DNA of 64,000 nucleotides, taken from the NCBI RefSeq assembly GCF_037042905.1, contig NC_087247.1, positions 24,304,001 through 24,368,000 of the forward strand. The letters are read 5' to 3'. Source of the DNA: Lytechinus pictus. Its lineage: Eukaryota. Shown here in pieces: positions 1-11,700 of the stretch. Below the pieces are notes generated by a model. That model ran no database searches and had not been told where the DNA came from. It was given only the letters and a program-made list of their open reading frames with translations. Positions within the stretch are counted from its first letter, which is position 1. Every line of letters begins with the position of its first letter. The translations under genes and the position numbers were made by a program.

Positions 1-98
1 ACGAAGATGGCCGTTAATAATAGTTCTACTACTTTAAGAACACGGTTCAGATTTGGATAACGACTTCGAAGGCATTCGCAGGAGACCAAACAGTAAGT
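1..98 (+). other. Possible first (probably non-coding) exon of an unidentified gene
   Basis: YY1-like AAGATGGC at 4-11, donor CA|GTAAGT at 93-98, then a CpG-rich patch (about 125-240). No downstream coding exons identified. Confidence 0.25.
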
Positions 99-878
99 TA
101 GATAACCATCTTCTAAGATTTTCTTTTCGGAGCGCGGCTTGCCTTTGGCTTTAGATTTCGTGCACTGACACTACCCGGCCGGGGTGGCTGCCCCGAGCGC
201 CGGCATGCTGAATAGGACAGGCTGCGCTGGTGGGCTCAGGGCCCAAGTCTGCACAGACACAGTGCACACTTTAAGGTAAATGCCAGTTGTGGTAACGATA
301 TCAAAATGAGTTCGTACAGAATCCAATGAAATGACCACCAAAGTGTCTGTCTATATTTATAAATAATATACCGTATGTGCCAAAGGATTCTGGAAGAAAT
401 TGTGTAATTGCTGCGAAATAAGCAAAAAAAGCACAGGATTTGGGTCAACTCGAGCCAAGGCCAAGGCAAGCGTCGGGCCGACATTAATCAGAGCAATAAT
501 AACTGTCCCACGTGCTCTTATCTGTGTTGGTGATCTTCAGTTTGAACATTTTTCAGCGTAGATTTCAAGATTTCACAAAGTTCAGTTTATGTAACTGTAC
601 CAGATCTACATGTACCGGTATACCTAGTTGTTGTGTGTCCGGACAGGTTGTTGGAAAAATTTACAAGCGAAGTTTCATCAATTTTTAGTTCAAAATGTTA
701 GGAAATATTAGAGAGAACAAAATCGAAGATGATTATAAAATATAACTATTGAATTCATATTTTTAGTGTAATCCAAAGACAAAAAAGAAGGCTTCAAAAA
801 TATAAAGTGTCCGGACACCCGATCCCCCATCCTACTATGTAGATCCTCGATGATATACCGTACTGACAATTTTTTTAA

Positions 879-1654
879 TCCTAAATCTACCGGGGTATTT
901 TGATTCTTGTCATTCCCGGGGGGGGGGGGGGGTATTATTGCCCCCCCCCCCTTATAAGATCTCGGCCGTGGATTGCACGATCACAACGAAAATTTGCATG
1001 ATGGTAGAGAATGACGTAATCTACGTAGTTGCATTGGTAAATTTCACTGAATTCATATTTTTTTATTTTATATGAATTAATTATGCTAATTTATTCATGA
1101 AATCATACTTTTTGCTCTGATTCACTAAATAAAGCTCCTAGAATGCTATTTTTTGGGTGAAAATATTCTTTATAGCATTCCTAACAATTGTGAATGAAAA
1201 AAAATCTGGTACCAAGACCGATTTCTTATGTATTTTATTATTTTTTTAATCATGTATTTCTTTGTTTTTTTACATTTTGTTTTTTTATTGTATTTTCGAT
1301 GGAAATCGTTCTAGACTTAATTCTAATCATAAACAAGGCAAAATTAATTAAGTTTAATCAGTAAAAGTAGAAATAATGATAAATTTATGAATTTTGGCTA
1401 AATACACAATTTGCATTGGATTTGTACATGAAATCATGTTTATGAGCAATTTTGGGTCTGACATGCACTTACATAATGTTGCGTAATGTCGTAACCGCGT
1501 ACCCGGGCGTCACAAATTTGGTCTCAAAATTTGCGCAAGACTTGAAAGTAAAAAGTCAGTGAGCGGCGCGATCAAATTTTTTTGCGCGACAGCGTAGTGA
1601 TGAAATTTGTTGAGGGGGGGGGTCAAATTGACCCCCCCCCCAGTTTAATAAGGG
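879..1654. mobile_element. piggyBac-like non-autonomous DNA transposon (MITE)
   Basis: TTAA at 875-878 and 1655-1658; termini TCCTAAAT...AATAAGGG; G-run/C-run subterminal palindromes at both ends; no ORF. Confidence 0.55.
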
Positions 1655-1747
1655 TTAAGGGCGTCACATGAAATGTCCTATATTCATTATTTTTCTACCA
1701 AAAGCACCATTTTGAGTAAGATTTTTAATGAATAGATCTGTTTGACA

Positions 1748-1945
1748 TTTCAGGAGAAAGAGAGGGAGACACAAAACCACCTGTCTCGGTGTCACACATG
1801 AGGAGTTGAGGAGGAGATGAAGTCAGTGAATATGACCTGGCCTGGGGGAGTTTCCAGAAGAAGGCCCAGAATCGCTGGATGCCAGGAGTGGAGATCCTTC
1901 GTTGCTGCCCTACATGATAGGAGGCATCGGGCAGTAGGTAAGTTA
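1748..1945 (+). mobile_element. 3' end fragment of an RTE-clade LINE
   Basis: Frameshifted translation resembles the RTE ORF C-terminus (EEEMKSVNMTW...QEWRSFVAALHDRRHR), followed by a TAGG/TAAG-type tail. Confidence 0.6.
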
Positions 1946-3089
1946 GAAGGCTATTTCAGATGTAAAGCCTTTTTGGGGGGGGGGATCATTGGGAACCTCT
2001 ATTATCAGAATCACGCAGATATGGGTGTGCACAAACTCGGGGCACCTTATAATCTGTTAATGGTCCTGACTGTACTTCGAGGACTCTGTGATATTTTTTC
2101 ATTGTATTTTCATTCACGGAGCCTAGACAAGTCTCTGTTGCCTGTAGAACTTTGTACACTAGGATGGATTTCCCTAGAAAATCCACCCTTCCCACAATAA
2201 TTTTGGGGCAAACATTTAATTTGTCCAATTTGTAAGCTTTTGTACTCTAAATGCATACAAAGGCTTAAAAAATGTTAATTGTTGGAAGGTAAAAATTTTG
2301 AAGGATCACTTTCTTACAATTCCCACGCTATATAACGCAATGACATGAACCATAACTCGAGTGACGTACGTATGCAAGAAATACAGAATTGGTGCACATG
2401 CATAGGTGATTGATTCATTGTGCTAGTACTGGTACTAGATCGGTTAATTTGGACGTTCTAATTTCAATTTTTCAATTTTCAATTTTGCATTGGTCGATCT
2501 CGCGATGCCAGAAAACTAATTCCACCTCTAAATTTGTCAGATTTTTTTTTCAAAATATATATTTAATTGATCCTTGACCTGAATTTAAGCCAAATCAGGC
2601 ATAGGGAATGGCTGTATTTCAGCCTCGAAGTTCGAATTCTCGGTCCTGACAGTCCTGGTTACCCCATAACCATTTAAAACACATAAAAAAGGCATGAATT
2701 AAAATTGTAATTATAAAAAAATAATATGTTTTATGTGTCAAATAAATTGATTCTAAAATTCCCTTCCTTATACAGAGATGGTTAAAGGTCTTGAGGGCAT
2801 CATGCCCCCCCCCCCCCGACTTGACTTAACATGTTAATATTTGAAGTATAAAATATGTAACAAACCCCACATCGTTTTTTAATCATTTAAAATAAATTGG
2901 AAATTAATATTGAAACCATCTAATTTTTAATGAAGATTAATAAATAGTTTATGTAGAAAAAGTTTTTATGTTTCTCCTCTTCTGTTATTTTTGCAGATGC
3001 TGTAATTTGAAACGGAAGGTGTCCTGCCAATAAATTTTCATCCCACCTGAACTGCCTTGCCTGCCTGCACCCAGTCATCTGTTCCTGAG

Positions 3090-3711
3090 CATTTTCATTT
3101 TCCTCTATTTTTCATCATCGTTTGTTTCGGCCTGTATGAAGTGAATTTCACATTGATTGGTGGAGCTGCTAAGTTGGCATTACAGGGCCACGCCGGGGTA
3201 TGATCCTTTGGGTTGAACATCATGACTGCTAGTTGGTCGGCAAAGGTGATGGGATCGATCAATGTCACATGGAGTAAGATCGATACCAATCTGCTTTGCT
3301 ACATTTCGAACAATCTCATACGGATACGGATATTATTGCGACAGGAGTACTGCTCGATGTGGTCAAGCCTATTTGACAAAGCATTATGGTGTTAGTCATG
3401 TTATCAGAAACCGATTTTTCAAAATCACGGAGTTGCTTCAATTTAGTATCGATAGATATTTCAAGAACGTGTAGACTAGTGAGCTTTTCATCAAGAATTT
3501 CACGCAATTTATTTTCGCGCTTATCCATGTCATCATTGAGTTTTTGTCTCTCGCGTTCCATTGCCACGGCCACCGCTCTTTGAACGACTGTATCAATATG
3601 ATCTAGGTATGCTGGGCTTTGTTTAGATCCAGTTAATGATGAAGCAGAGGATTGTGTACATGCGTTAGCCGAGTGCAAACGGCCTCTTGATCTGGTGGAT
3701 ATCTTAGACAT
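3090..3711 (-). pseudogene. Decayed LINE ORF1 (coiled-coil plus RRM, L1/Transposase_22-like as found in CR1/L2-group elements)
   Basis: Coiled-coil ORF 3316-3711. Across frameshifts it continues as LDHIEQYSCRNNIRIR, IGIDLTPCDIDRSH and PPINVKFTSYRPK, matching the EQYSRRNNLRI / DIDRxHR / PIIVKF motifs of this ORF1 type. Confidence 0.7.
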
Positions 3712-4250
3712 GTTAGAGATTACGTAATGATATAATTGAAAAGTGGGATGGGCTGTGCATCTGCCAACTCACCAGTCAACCAATTAGAGACGGCCTTCCA
3801 AAGTGACACAGCACGAAAATATCAATATGGGACTGGTCTAGTCAACACATAGATCCTGACAAAACCATGGAGACCGCAGACGCAAAATGACTTCCATACA
3901 TAAAGATATGATGCACAATTTCCAGTGGGTTCAAAACACTGAACACATGCTATGCTGATACACAGACTATCATATTAAAGAACTTTATCAAGCAAAGGAA
4001 ATCTGGTATGAAATCTCTCAGCTCACATAAAAAGCCTACGTAGCTACATGTAGGGAAGAAAATGTGTAATTGCTGAGAAATGAGCAAAATAAGCATGTAA
4101 TTCTATCAAATGTCGGATATTTTTCAAATCAATCATAATACACTGTCCTGTCCCACATATGCTTTTCTGTGTTAGTGATCATCAGAATTATTGATTTTAA
4201 GATCAAAATTCATGATTTTACAAAGATACAAGTTTACATTAATTTACCAG

Positions 4251-4520
4251 GGCCCCGTCTTACAAAGAGTTATGATTGATCCGATCAATCGCAACTATGG
4301 ACGGTCAGCAACGTTAACATCTATTAAGCATGTTTGTTCAAAATATTTTCTAGCTATGATGTATGTTCATGCATTCATTGTTTTCTCAAAAATTCGCTGC
4401 GCTTCTCTTTGCATACAAAGGACATTGTGCAAATTTTTCGTAGAAAAAATTATGACACTGATGGATTTCCATAGAGTTATGATTGATCGGATCAATCGTA
4501 ACTCTTTGTAAGACAGGGCC
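4251..4520. mobile_element. PIF/Harbinger-like MITE
   Basis: TIRs of about 45 bp (GGCCCCGTCTTACAAAGAGTTATGATTGATCCGATCAATC...) and a 3-bp TSD CAG (4248-4250, 4521-4523). A related copy of the host repeat near 598-609 shows the empty site TACCAGATCTA. Confidence 0.8.
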
Positions 4521-5324
4521 CAGATCTAGATTATGTACAATATTTTGACAATTAACCTTAATTTAAGAGACTTTCCGAAGAAATAATTGTTTGCTGCAAC
4601 TACTGTCTTTTACCCCTGGCCCTAAGTGATAGTGTAATACAACCCAAACATTTCATAAGAATTAATGTACATGTATGATTCTTTCACCCAAATGCGAGCT
4701 TCCATAAATCCTGAAACTATTCTAACTCGGGTATTTTTTTTAAAAAAAGTATATTTTTACCTACATTACATAGTTGTCTAAAGTTGAAGGTATATTTAAT
4801 TACAATTTCAACGAAAAAGCTTTATTCTTGGAGATCATTATGCCTCTGTTATGTATTAATGTGTATTTATACATGTACAATTGTATGTATTGGTATAACA
4901 AACATTGTTATTTCATTCCTTTGACCCTAATACTGCATTTTCATAGAAAAGTGTTTTTTTTTTCAATCTATTTAGAGTTTTCAACATTTTGTATTCCTTT
5001 TTTTTTTGCTGGTAATATGTTATGCAACTTTTATTTATTAATAGAATATTTGCCACGATTTCGTAATTGAAATGCGTACATGTATTTGATTTCGTTTTCC
5101 ATTTTTGTATATATTCTTTTTCGGGGGGGGGGGGGGTCATGTTCTTGAGACCGAGACAAGTTATGCAAGGCCCTGGCATGGAGGATCATTATATTGTTAC
5201 TGGGAATGCTGGACATTGTCAGACCACCTCAGTATTCACCAAATATAGATAATCCTCAATGACAAGGTCTTTGAAGTGATGTGTGTATGTACATTGCATG
5301 TAGAATTTAATGTTTAGGTCATTA

Positions 5325-5912
5325 TCACGTCAGAATACGTTAAGATATCATAGTTGACTCCAAAAGACGTCATATTCATTTCAATATGCGACGTCAATAT
5401 GACGTCTATTACTAGTCAGCAATATTTTGCAAAGTCGTCATTCAGACGTCGTAGTTGACTTATAAACACGTCATAATTACATCAATATGACGTCTAAAAC
5501 TGGTCAGGAATACGTCGCAAAGTTGTCATTAAGACGTCGTAGATGACTTTTAAAGACGTCATAATTACATCAATATGACGTCTAAATCCGGTCAGGAACA
5601 CGTTACACGGATGTCATTAAGACGTCGTTGTTGACTCTCGAAGACGTCATAATCACGTCAATACACGACGTCATTCTGACCCTTGATACTGGTCAGGAAA
5701 ACGTTGTAAAAACGTTGCTAAGACGTCATTAAGACGTCGTAGTCACTCTTGGAGACGTCATAATGACGTCAATATACGACGTCATAATGACGTTATTCGC
5801 GGGTGCAAGATCCCGTCAATAAGACGTCATGATACGACGTCAAAATGACGTGACACTCGTCGTTAAACTGACGTAATTATGACGTCATTTTTACCAGTTT
5901 CTGCTATCAGGG
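5325..5912. repeat. GACGTC-rich tandem array (about 88-bp unit), probably one arm of a CMC/EnSpm-like non-autonomous element
   Basis: About 19 GACGTC hexamers; unit starts GTCATTAAGACGTCGTAG at about 5437, 5525, 5613 and 5725; right end ...CTGCTATCAGGG followed by TA; no matching left terminus found. Confidence 0.6.
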
Positions 5913-6048
5913 TAGGTGCTAGCAATGCACCACCGTACTACACCTCCATCCTGTCCCGTAGACCGTTTTCACACCGCCCGGTATATAGATTTAGTTCCCA
6001 AGCCAAGTATTTTACCCTTGTACTGTTGTAGTCAGTTCCTTAGTCTTA

Positions 6049-6601
6049 TACCCTTTTTACACACGCTAAAATTTCCTTAACCCCGTACTATAGGTGGGGC
6101 TAAATGGCAATTTAGCCCCACCTATAGTACGGGGTTAAGCTTAGCCCACTTTCTTTTTACACAGCATTTTTGCAAAGTGGGCTAACCCCACCTTTAGTAC
6201 GGGATTATTTGGCCCTGCAAAAAAGCAGGGTTATCCCAGCAATTGCGGTGCTAAGAGCGATAGTACGGGGTTAAGATCGCTAGTGTAAAACGAAAGTGGG
6301 CTAAGCTTAACCCCGTACTATAGGTGGGGCTAAATGGCAATTTGGCCCCACCTATAGTACGGGGTTAAGGAAATTGTAGCGTGTGTAAAATGGTACGAGT
6401 GAAGTACTTGTACTACGAATGATCGACAAAAACCACTAGTCCGGGGTTAGCGAGTTTCGTGTGTAAAAAGCAAGCATTCCTTATCCGGGGTTAGCAATAA
6501 CAATTTGGCATGTGTAAAAAGGAAAAAAAATAGTACGGGGTTAAGGATAGTACGGGGTTAGCGATAGTCCGGGGTTAAGAAAATCCTGTGTAAAAAGGGT
6601 A
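6049..6601. mobile_element. PIF/Harbinger-like MITE with internal TAACCCCGTACTA repeats
   Basis: TIR TACCCTTTTTACACA...TGTGTAAAAAGGGTA; TSD TTA (6046-6048, 6602-6604); many internal direct and inverted copies of TAGTACGGGGTTA. Confidence 0.8.
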
Positions 6602-7461
6602 TTAGACCCATATTTTAGGGTTTCGTGAGGCACGCCCCCATCAAAGTATAATTTAAGTGCCCCCCCCCCCCCCCCCCGAGTCGCTATTCTACTAGTTCTA
6701 CATGAACGCCACTCATTCTATGAACAAGGTTATGATATAACCTTGAACGCAAGTGATGGACAAAATAAGAAATCAATCACACAAACATTTTTGTTTTTTT
6801 CAACAAAGTCAAATGTTTTGAAAAACATTTTTAAATAAATGAATGTTTTAAAAAACATTTATAAATATAAGTAAACAAGTTGGACCAGAGGCAGAGCCCA
6901 TGGAAAACTCATCTGCATTAATTACACAATAATATAAATTCTTAACAGTGAAATAATTAATCAACACCATTTGTGAAATCAATACCATTTGTTTCTTGTG
7001 ATTGTGAAATCCATTTTTTGATTATCAATATCATTAGACATTATGCAAGTTTGATTTTGATAACTCAGACATAACTTAATCAATGTCATTCAGTTTAGTA
7101 TAATAATAAGATCTAGAGACCTTTAACTCCGGCATGCTTGATGGCCAGTCTGATGGATCAGTAATGGTAAAGAATTCCATTAATTCAGAATTCCTTTCGA
7201 AGATAGATGGGCAGGTCGGCAAAGTCTTCTGTATCCAACACGGTTTTCAGCATATGGGACTGCACATGACATTTCCCGTGCTTCTCATAGCATCGATCGT
7301 GCAAAGTCAGCTGTTGGCTGTTCGTGGCGGGAAGTTTGTGATTGAACTCCGCGCGTAAAATTACATCACACTGCGGTTTCGTTTACATAAAGTACATACC
7401 GATACACACATACGGTATGGGGTATTTGTTTATGTTTATCTCCCTCTCATACATGTATATG

Positions 7462-8267
7462 AAAAATTTGGTTACAAAAAGGGTTAGGTCCACATTTCAC
7501 CATTCCGAGAAAAATCAGGGTTTTTTTAAATTCCCACTTATTGCATTATTCTTATGAGAAACTAAATTGTCGTGATGTATCATGTGAACATAAAATTGGG
7601 TATAAAAGAAATCTTCCTGTCTTCAATTTCATTTTCTATATATTTTTTCAAAAATTATCATTGAGGACCTTACCCCTTTTGCAAGCAAACTGAAATGAAT
7701 CCAATCTCTTTTGAATAATAAAGGTGATTTTTCTTTGCCACTTTTATCCACGTGTTAATGTGAATTTCAAATTTTCTTTTGTATCACCAGAGCGACTAAA
7801 AATCTTTAGGTTTTGAGATAGAAAACAATAAAATTTATGAAAAATGGACCTTACCCATTTTGACAAGTGAGCTCTTCAGAAGAGTTTGGTTGCAAAAGGG
7901 GTTAGGTCCACTCCAAGAAAATCATATATTTTTAATTCTGCCATTTGCAATATTCTTATACGAAATTTTTCACGATTCCCTGCCATATGAACATAAAATT
8001 GGGTGTAAAAGAAATCTACCGGTCTTCATATTTTTGGATATTCTTTTCCAAAAAAAAAATCTTTGTGGACCTAACCCCTTTTGCAACCAAACTGAAATGA
8101 ACGTAACCCCTTTCGAAAAAAAGTGATTTTTCTTTGCCATTTTTGTTCACTTTTTAATGGGAATTTAAACTTTTCTTTGGTATCATCTTATAGAGCTACT
8201 AAAAATATATTAATTGAGACAAAAAAAATGATAAAATATAGACCTAACCCATTTTGCAACTGAACTC
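7462..8267. mobile_element. Tandem dimer of a MITE of about 400 bp (GAG...CTC termini, Sola-like)
   Basis: Two similar units (about 7462-7876 and 7882-8267), each with GGTTGCAAAAGGGGTTAGGTCC-like and GACCTAACCCATTTTGCAAC-like inverted ends. Confidence 0.5.
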
Positions 8268-8717
8268 TATTATAGTTTGTGCAATTTTTACTATGCTTAT
8301 TTTATTATTTTTTGTTGTTGCTTTGCTCTGCTTTATTGGGTTTAGTTTAATTTTGGCCATTGATTAAGTTTTTAAATTTAGTTTAGTTTTAATTTTAGAT
8401 TAGGATTATAGAATACAGCCTACTTATGTTAGTAACGTTAGAAATCTAAACGTATTATTGTATTTCTGTGGCCCTGGTAGAGGCGAGTATATTGTTGGAC
8501 AGTTTAATAGTTACTTCAGTACAATTGGATCCAAACTTATAACTAGTTACCATCGAGCGACTTGCATTTTTCATTTTTATGAAAAGAAAAATAGATCATT
8601 CCATGATCTAAGATAAATGTCTAGTTTTCAAGTTAAAATATCAAAAAAATTCTGCTCGCACTTCGCGCTCGCGTCAATTGATTAGTTCGAAACCAATTTG
8701 TTCACGGTTACAAAAAG

Positions 8718-11700
8718 GGTGACCCGACAATTGCTCCGCCGACATCTGCTCCGCCGACAATTGCTACGCAAAATAAGACAGTTGCTCCGCCGACAATTGC
8801 TCCGGACAATTGCTCCGCCGACAGTTGCTCCGTCGACACTTGCTCCGCCGATATGTGCTCCGTCGACACTTGCTCCGCCGATATTTGCTCCGCCGATATT
8901 TGCTCTGCCGACATGTGCTCCGCCGACATCTGCTCCGCCGAAAATTGCTCCGCCGACAATTGCTCCGCCGATAATTGCTCCGCCGACATCTGCTCCGATT
9001 ATACGACAATTGCTCCGCGACAATTGCTCCGCCGATATTTGCTCCGCCGACATCTGCTCCGATTATACGACAATTGCATGAACATCTTATTTCTCCAAGT
9101 TGGTCTATGTTAAATGATAAGAAATTCATCCTGATACAAATTGTTTTGTCGTTGTCTTGTTTTTGTTATTCGTTAATGTTTTATTTATTTTATTCTCCCC
9201 CTATCATCACAGCTTTCTGCTTAAAAAACAAAACAAATTGTTCTCCCTGCCGCTGCCACTTGACAAATTGTAACGGAGAAGGGGAATGACACACTCCCCA
9301 TTGAAATTGTGAATCAGGATTTTTGTTCATATATTATTATCATTGGTTTCACTCCGGTCTTGAGCGGGGAGAGAATTTGGGGGGGGGGGGTGCTGGACAC
9401 AATATCTCTTCTGCTTTCCAGCAACTTATACACCATACATTCGCGCGGGCTCTCTCTCTCTCTCTTTCTCGTTTTGTTCTTTCACGTTGTTTATTTTTAT
9501 TGGTGACCGCTTGATTTATTGTATATTTATCAGTATTATAATTATTAATATTTGTATCAATAATTTTTATTTACGTCTTCGGCCTTATCTACCCTTGCAC
9601 TTTTTTTTCCTTCAATTTGTTTCAAACGAAAGTATGATCATCACTGGCGTACAGATGGGGGAGGGGCGTGCTAGGGGTCACGGATCCCCCCATTCTCCCT
9701 ACCAATGAAAAAAAAAAGAATAAAGGAAAGGAAAATAAATGTCATTCTTGTCTCGCCCCCTCCATTTTTTGTTGTTGGCTCATTACGCTACTGGTGAGTT
9801 ACTATAAAACTAGACTTCGGTTGTATTTTTGTTCTATTCTGTGCAATAGCGACAATATAAATATATTATAATAAATGAATATATGTATGTATCTCTCTCA
9901 TTACGTCTAAACAAATAATGTTATTTTTAAAAGACAATAATATATATACCAGCAATAATATAGTTACAAATTCATGAAACCCAATACGCATCTCACTGAA
10001 TTTATAATGCGAGCACAAAGCACGAGCTGTTATTGACATGGAAAGGGGACATTTATACGCCTATTTAAAATTGTAAACATGAAGCATATCTCGGGGGGGG
10101 GGGGATATCTCGTAAAAGAAATGAGAGCACGATGCGATAATTTAATATTTTGGATATATTTACCAGAGTTACAATTCTATATATTTCTTTTTCTTTGTGT
10201 TATTTCTTTCGACAAACTGTAATTGAAGTATTGAAGAGTATATAGGATGTTATGCCTGCTGATCATGATAGAATGTGGATTATTTTGCTGATTCATTAGA
10301 TCTTAACATGTGTTCTTTAAATTTGGTAATTTGGGTACATGTTAGAAACACAGGCATTGTGCATTCAGATGCACATTGTGGAAATGAGATTCAGTATTCC
10401 TTGCAGCTAAGAAAGGTTTTAAAAATGACACTACTCTCAATTACATGTATACTATGTCCATAGTTGCGACTTGCGAGTGTGTGAAAATGAAGGTGTTTGC
10501 AGTCATTAAAGTGTAGTTTTGGTTGGAAAACGTTAATAAAACTGTCGAGAACGTACAGTCTTCATGATTTCATTTATCTCATGTTATGATCAGTAAATCA
10601 AATAAAAAATTATAATGACAAGAACTTGTTAAGTTTATCCTTCTATTTCAATCCCATGAATAAACAGAAATCGCGATATTCAGAAATAATAAGTCATACA
10701 CCTCCTATTTTCCTCAAGCTCTCACTCACTCCCCCTCTTTCTCTCTCTCTCTCTCTCTCTTTCCCTCCATAACCCTTTTCACAATCATTTTTGTTTGATT
10801 TCCGCATAATCAAAACGATCGACGACGACAATGATAATGATGGTGATGATGAAGATGCTGATAATGATGCTGATGATGATAATGGTGGTACAATGATAAT
10901 GATAATAAGTACATGAACACACGTTTTCTTCTCATATAGTTCATTCTTGGAAAATACATAGGCGGCCATATACACATGAAGGTATATCATTTATAGAAGA
11001 AAATCTTGTTTGATTGATTTTTTTATTTTTTGAAACTACGTGTAAAATTATATCCCCCATCAACAACAAATTGTTACTTACATTATAACATCATAATGAA
11101 TATAATTCGACTATTGGCGGACCATATTTAGATTTAGATTAAGATTTATTCATTTTCCGTTCACAAAGCACAACAAAATCAAAGTAACAATACATAGTCA
11201 AATTTAAAGTACAATATCAATCGGTATAATGCATAAGAATTAGAACGTATAAACAATGAGAACTAATGCGAACTAAAGTAACCTTGACTAATAACTATAT
11301 AAAACAGAACATATGGATTTTATTTTTGGATTATTAAAAAAAAAAAATTATCCTTTTGCTATCAGTGAAGAAAACAATCATGATCAACATAAAACAAAAA
11401 AGCAACTCACTATTATTTACAGTATTATCATAATCTAAAAACCTACGGTGTGTATGACATGATGTGGATGTTGAGACCATGCAGACTGAGAGCACTGTGT
11501 GTACGATAGGATATGGAAACCAGAGTGGAGGGGTGTGCCGAGAAGGTGACACGACATGTAGCCTTTCACAAGTTGGTATTTTCTTGAATATAAATTTTTA
11601 CTTACTGAATGTCTTGGTCATGTTTGTATGGCACAAAATTTGCCGACAGTAAACATTTTGCGTGACTACAGTACAGGTTTTCGACAAAATAAGGTGGGGT

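Noticed and set aside
7110-7360. GC-richer patch with possible coding remnant (minus strand SCAVPY, THAP-like)
   Set aside because: Stops in the candidate frames and no further THAP residues; cannot be supported.
8718-9076. CRISPR-like appearance of regularly spaced short repeats
   Set aside because: Units are contiguous 15-mers with no unique spacers, there are no cas genes, and the context is eukaryotic.
8682-9129. Six-frame ORFs with (SAEQL)n, (GGANI)n, (RRSNC)n and (APPTI)n repeats, also at 12216-12612, superficially like pentapeptide-repeat or antifreeze proteins
   Set aside because: They are translations of the stop-free 15-bp DNA repeat in the transposon arms; open in all frames, with no gene structure.
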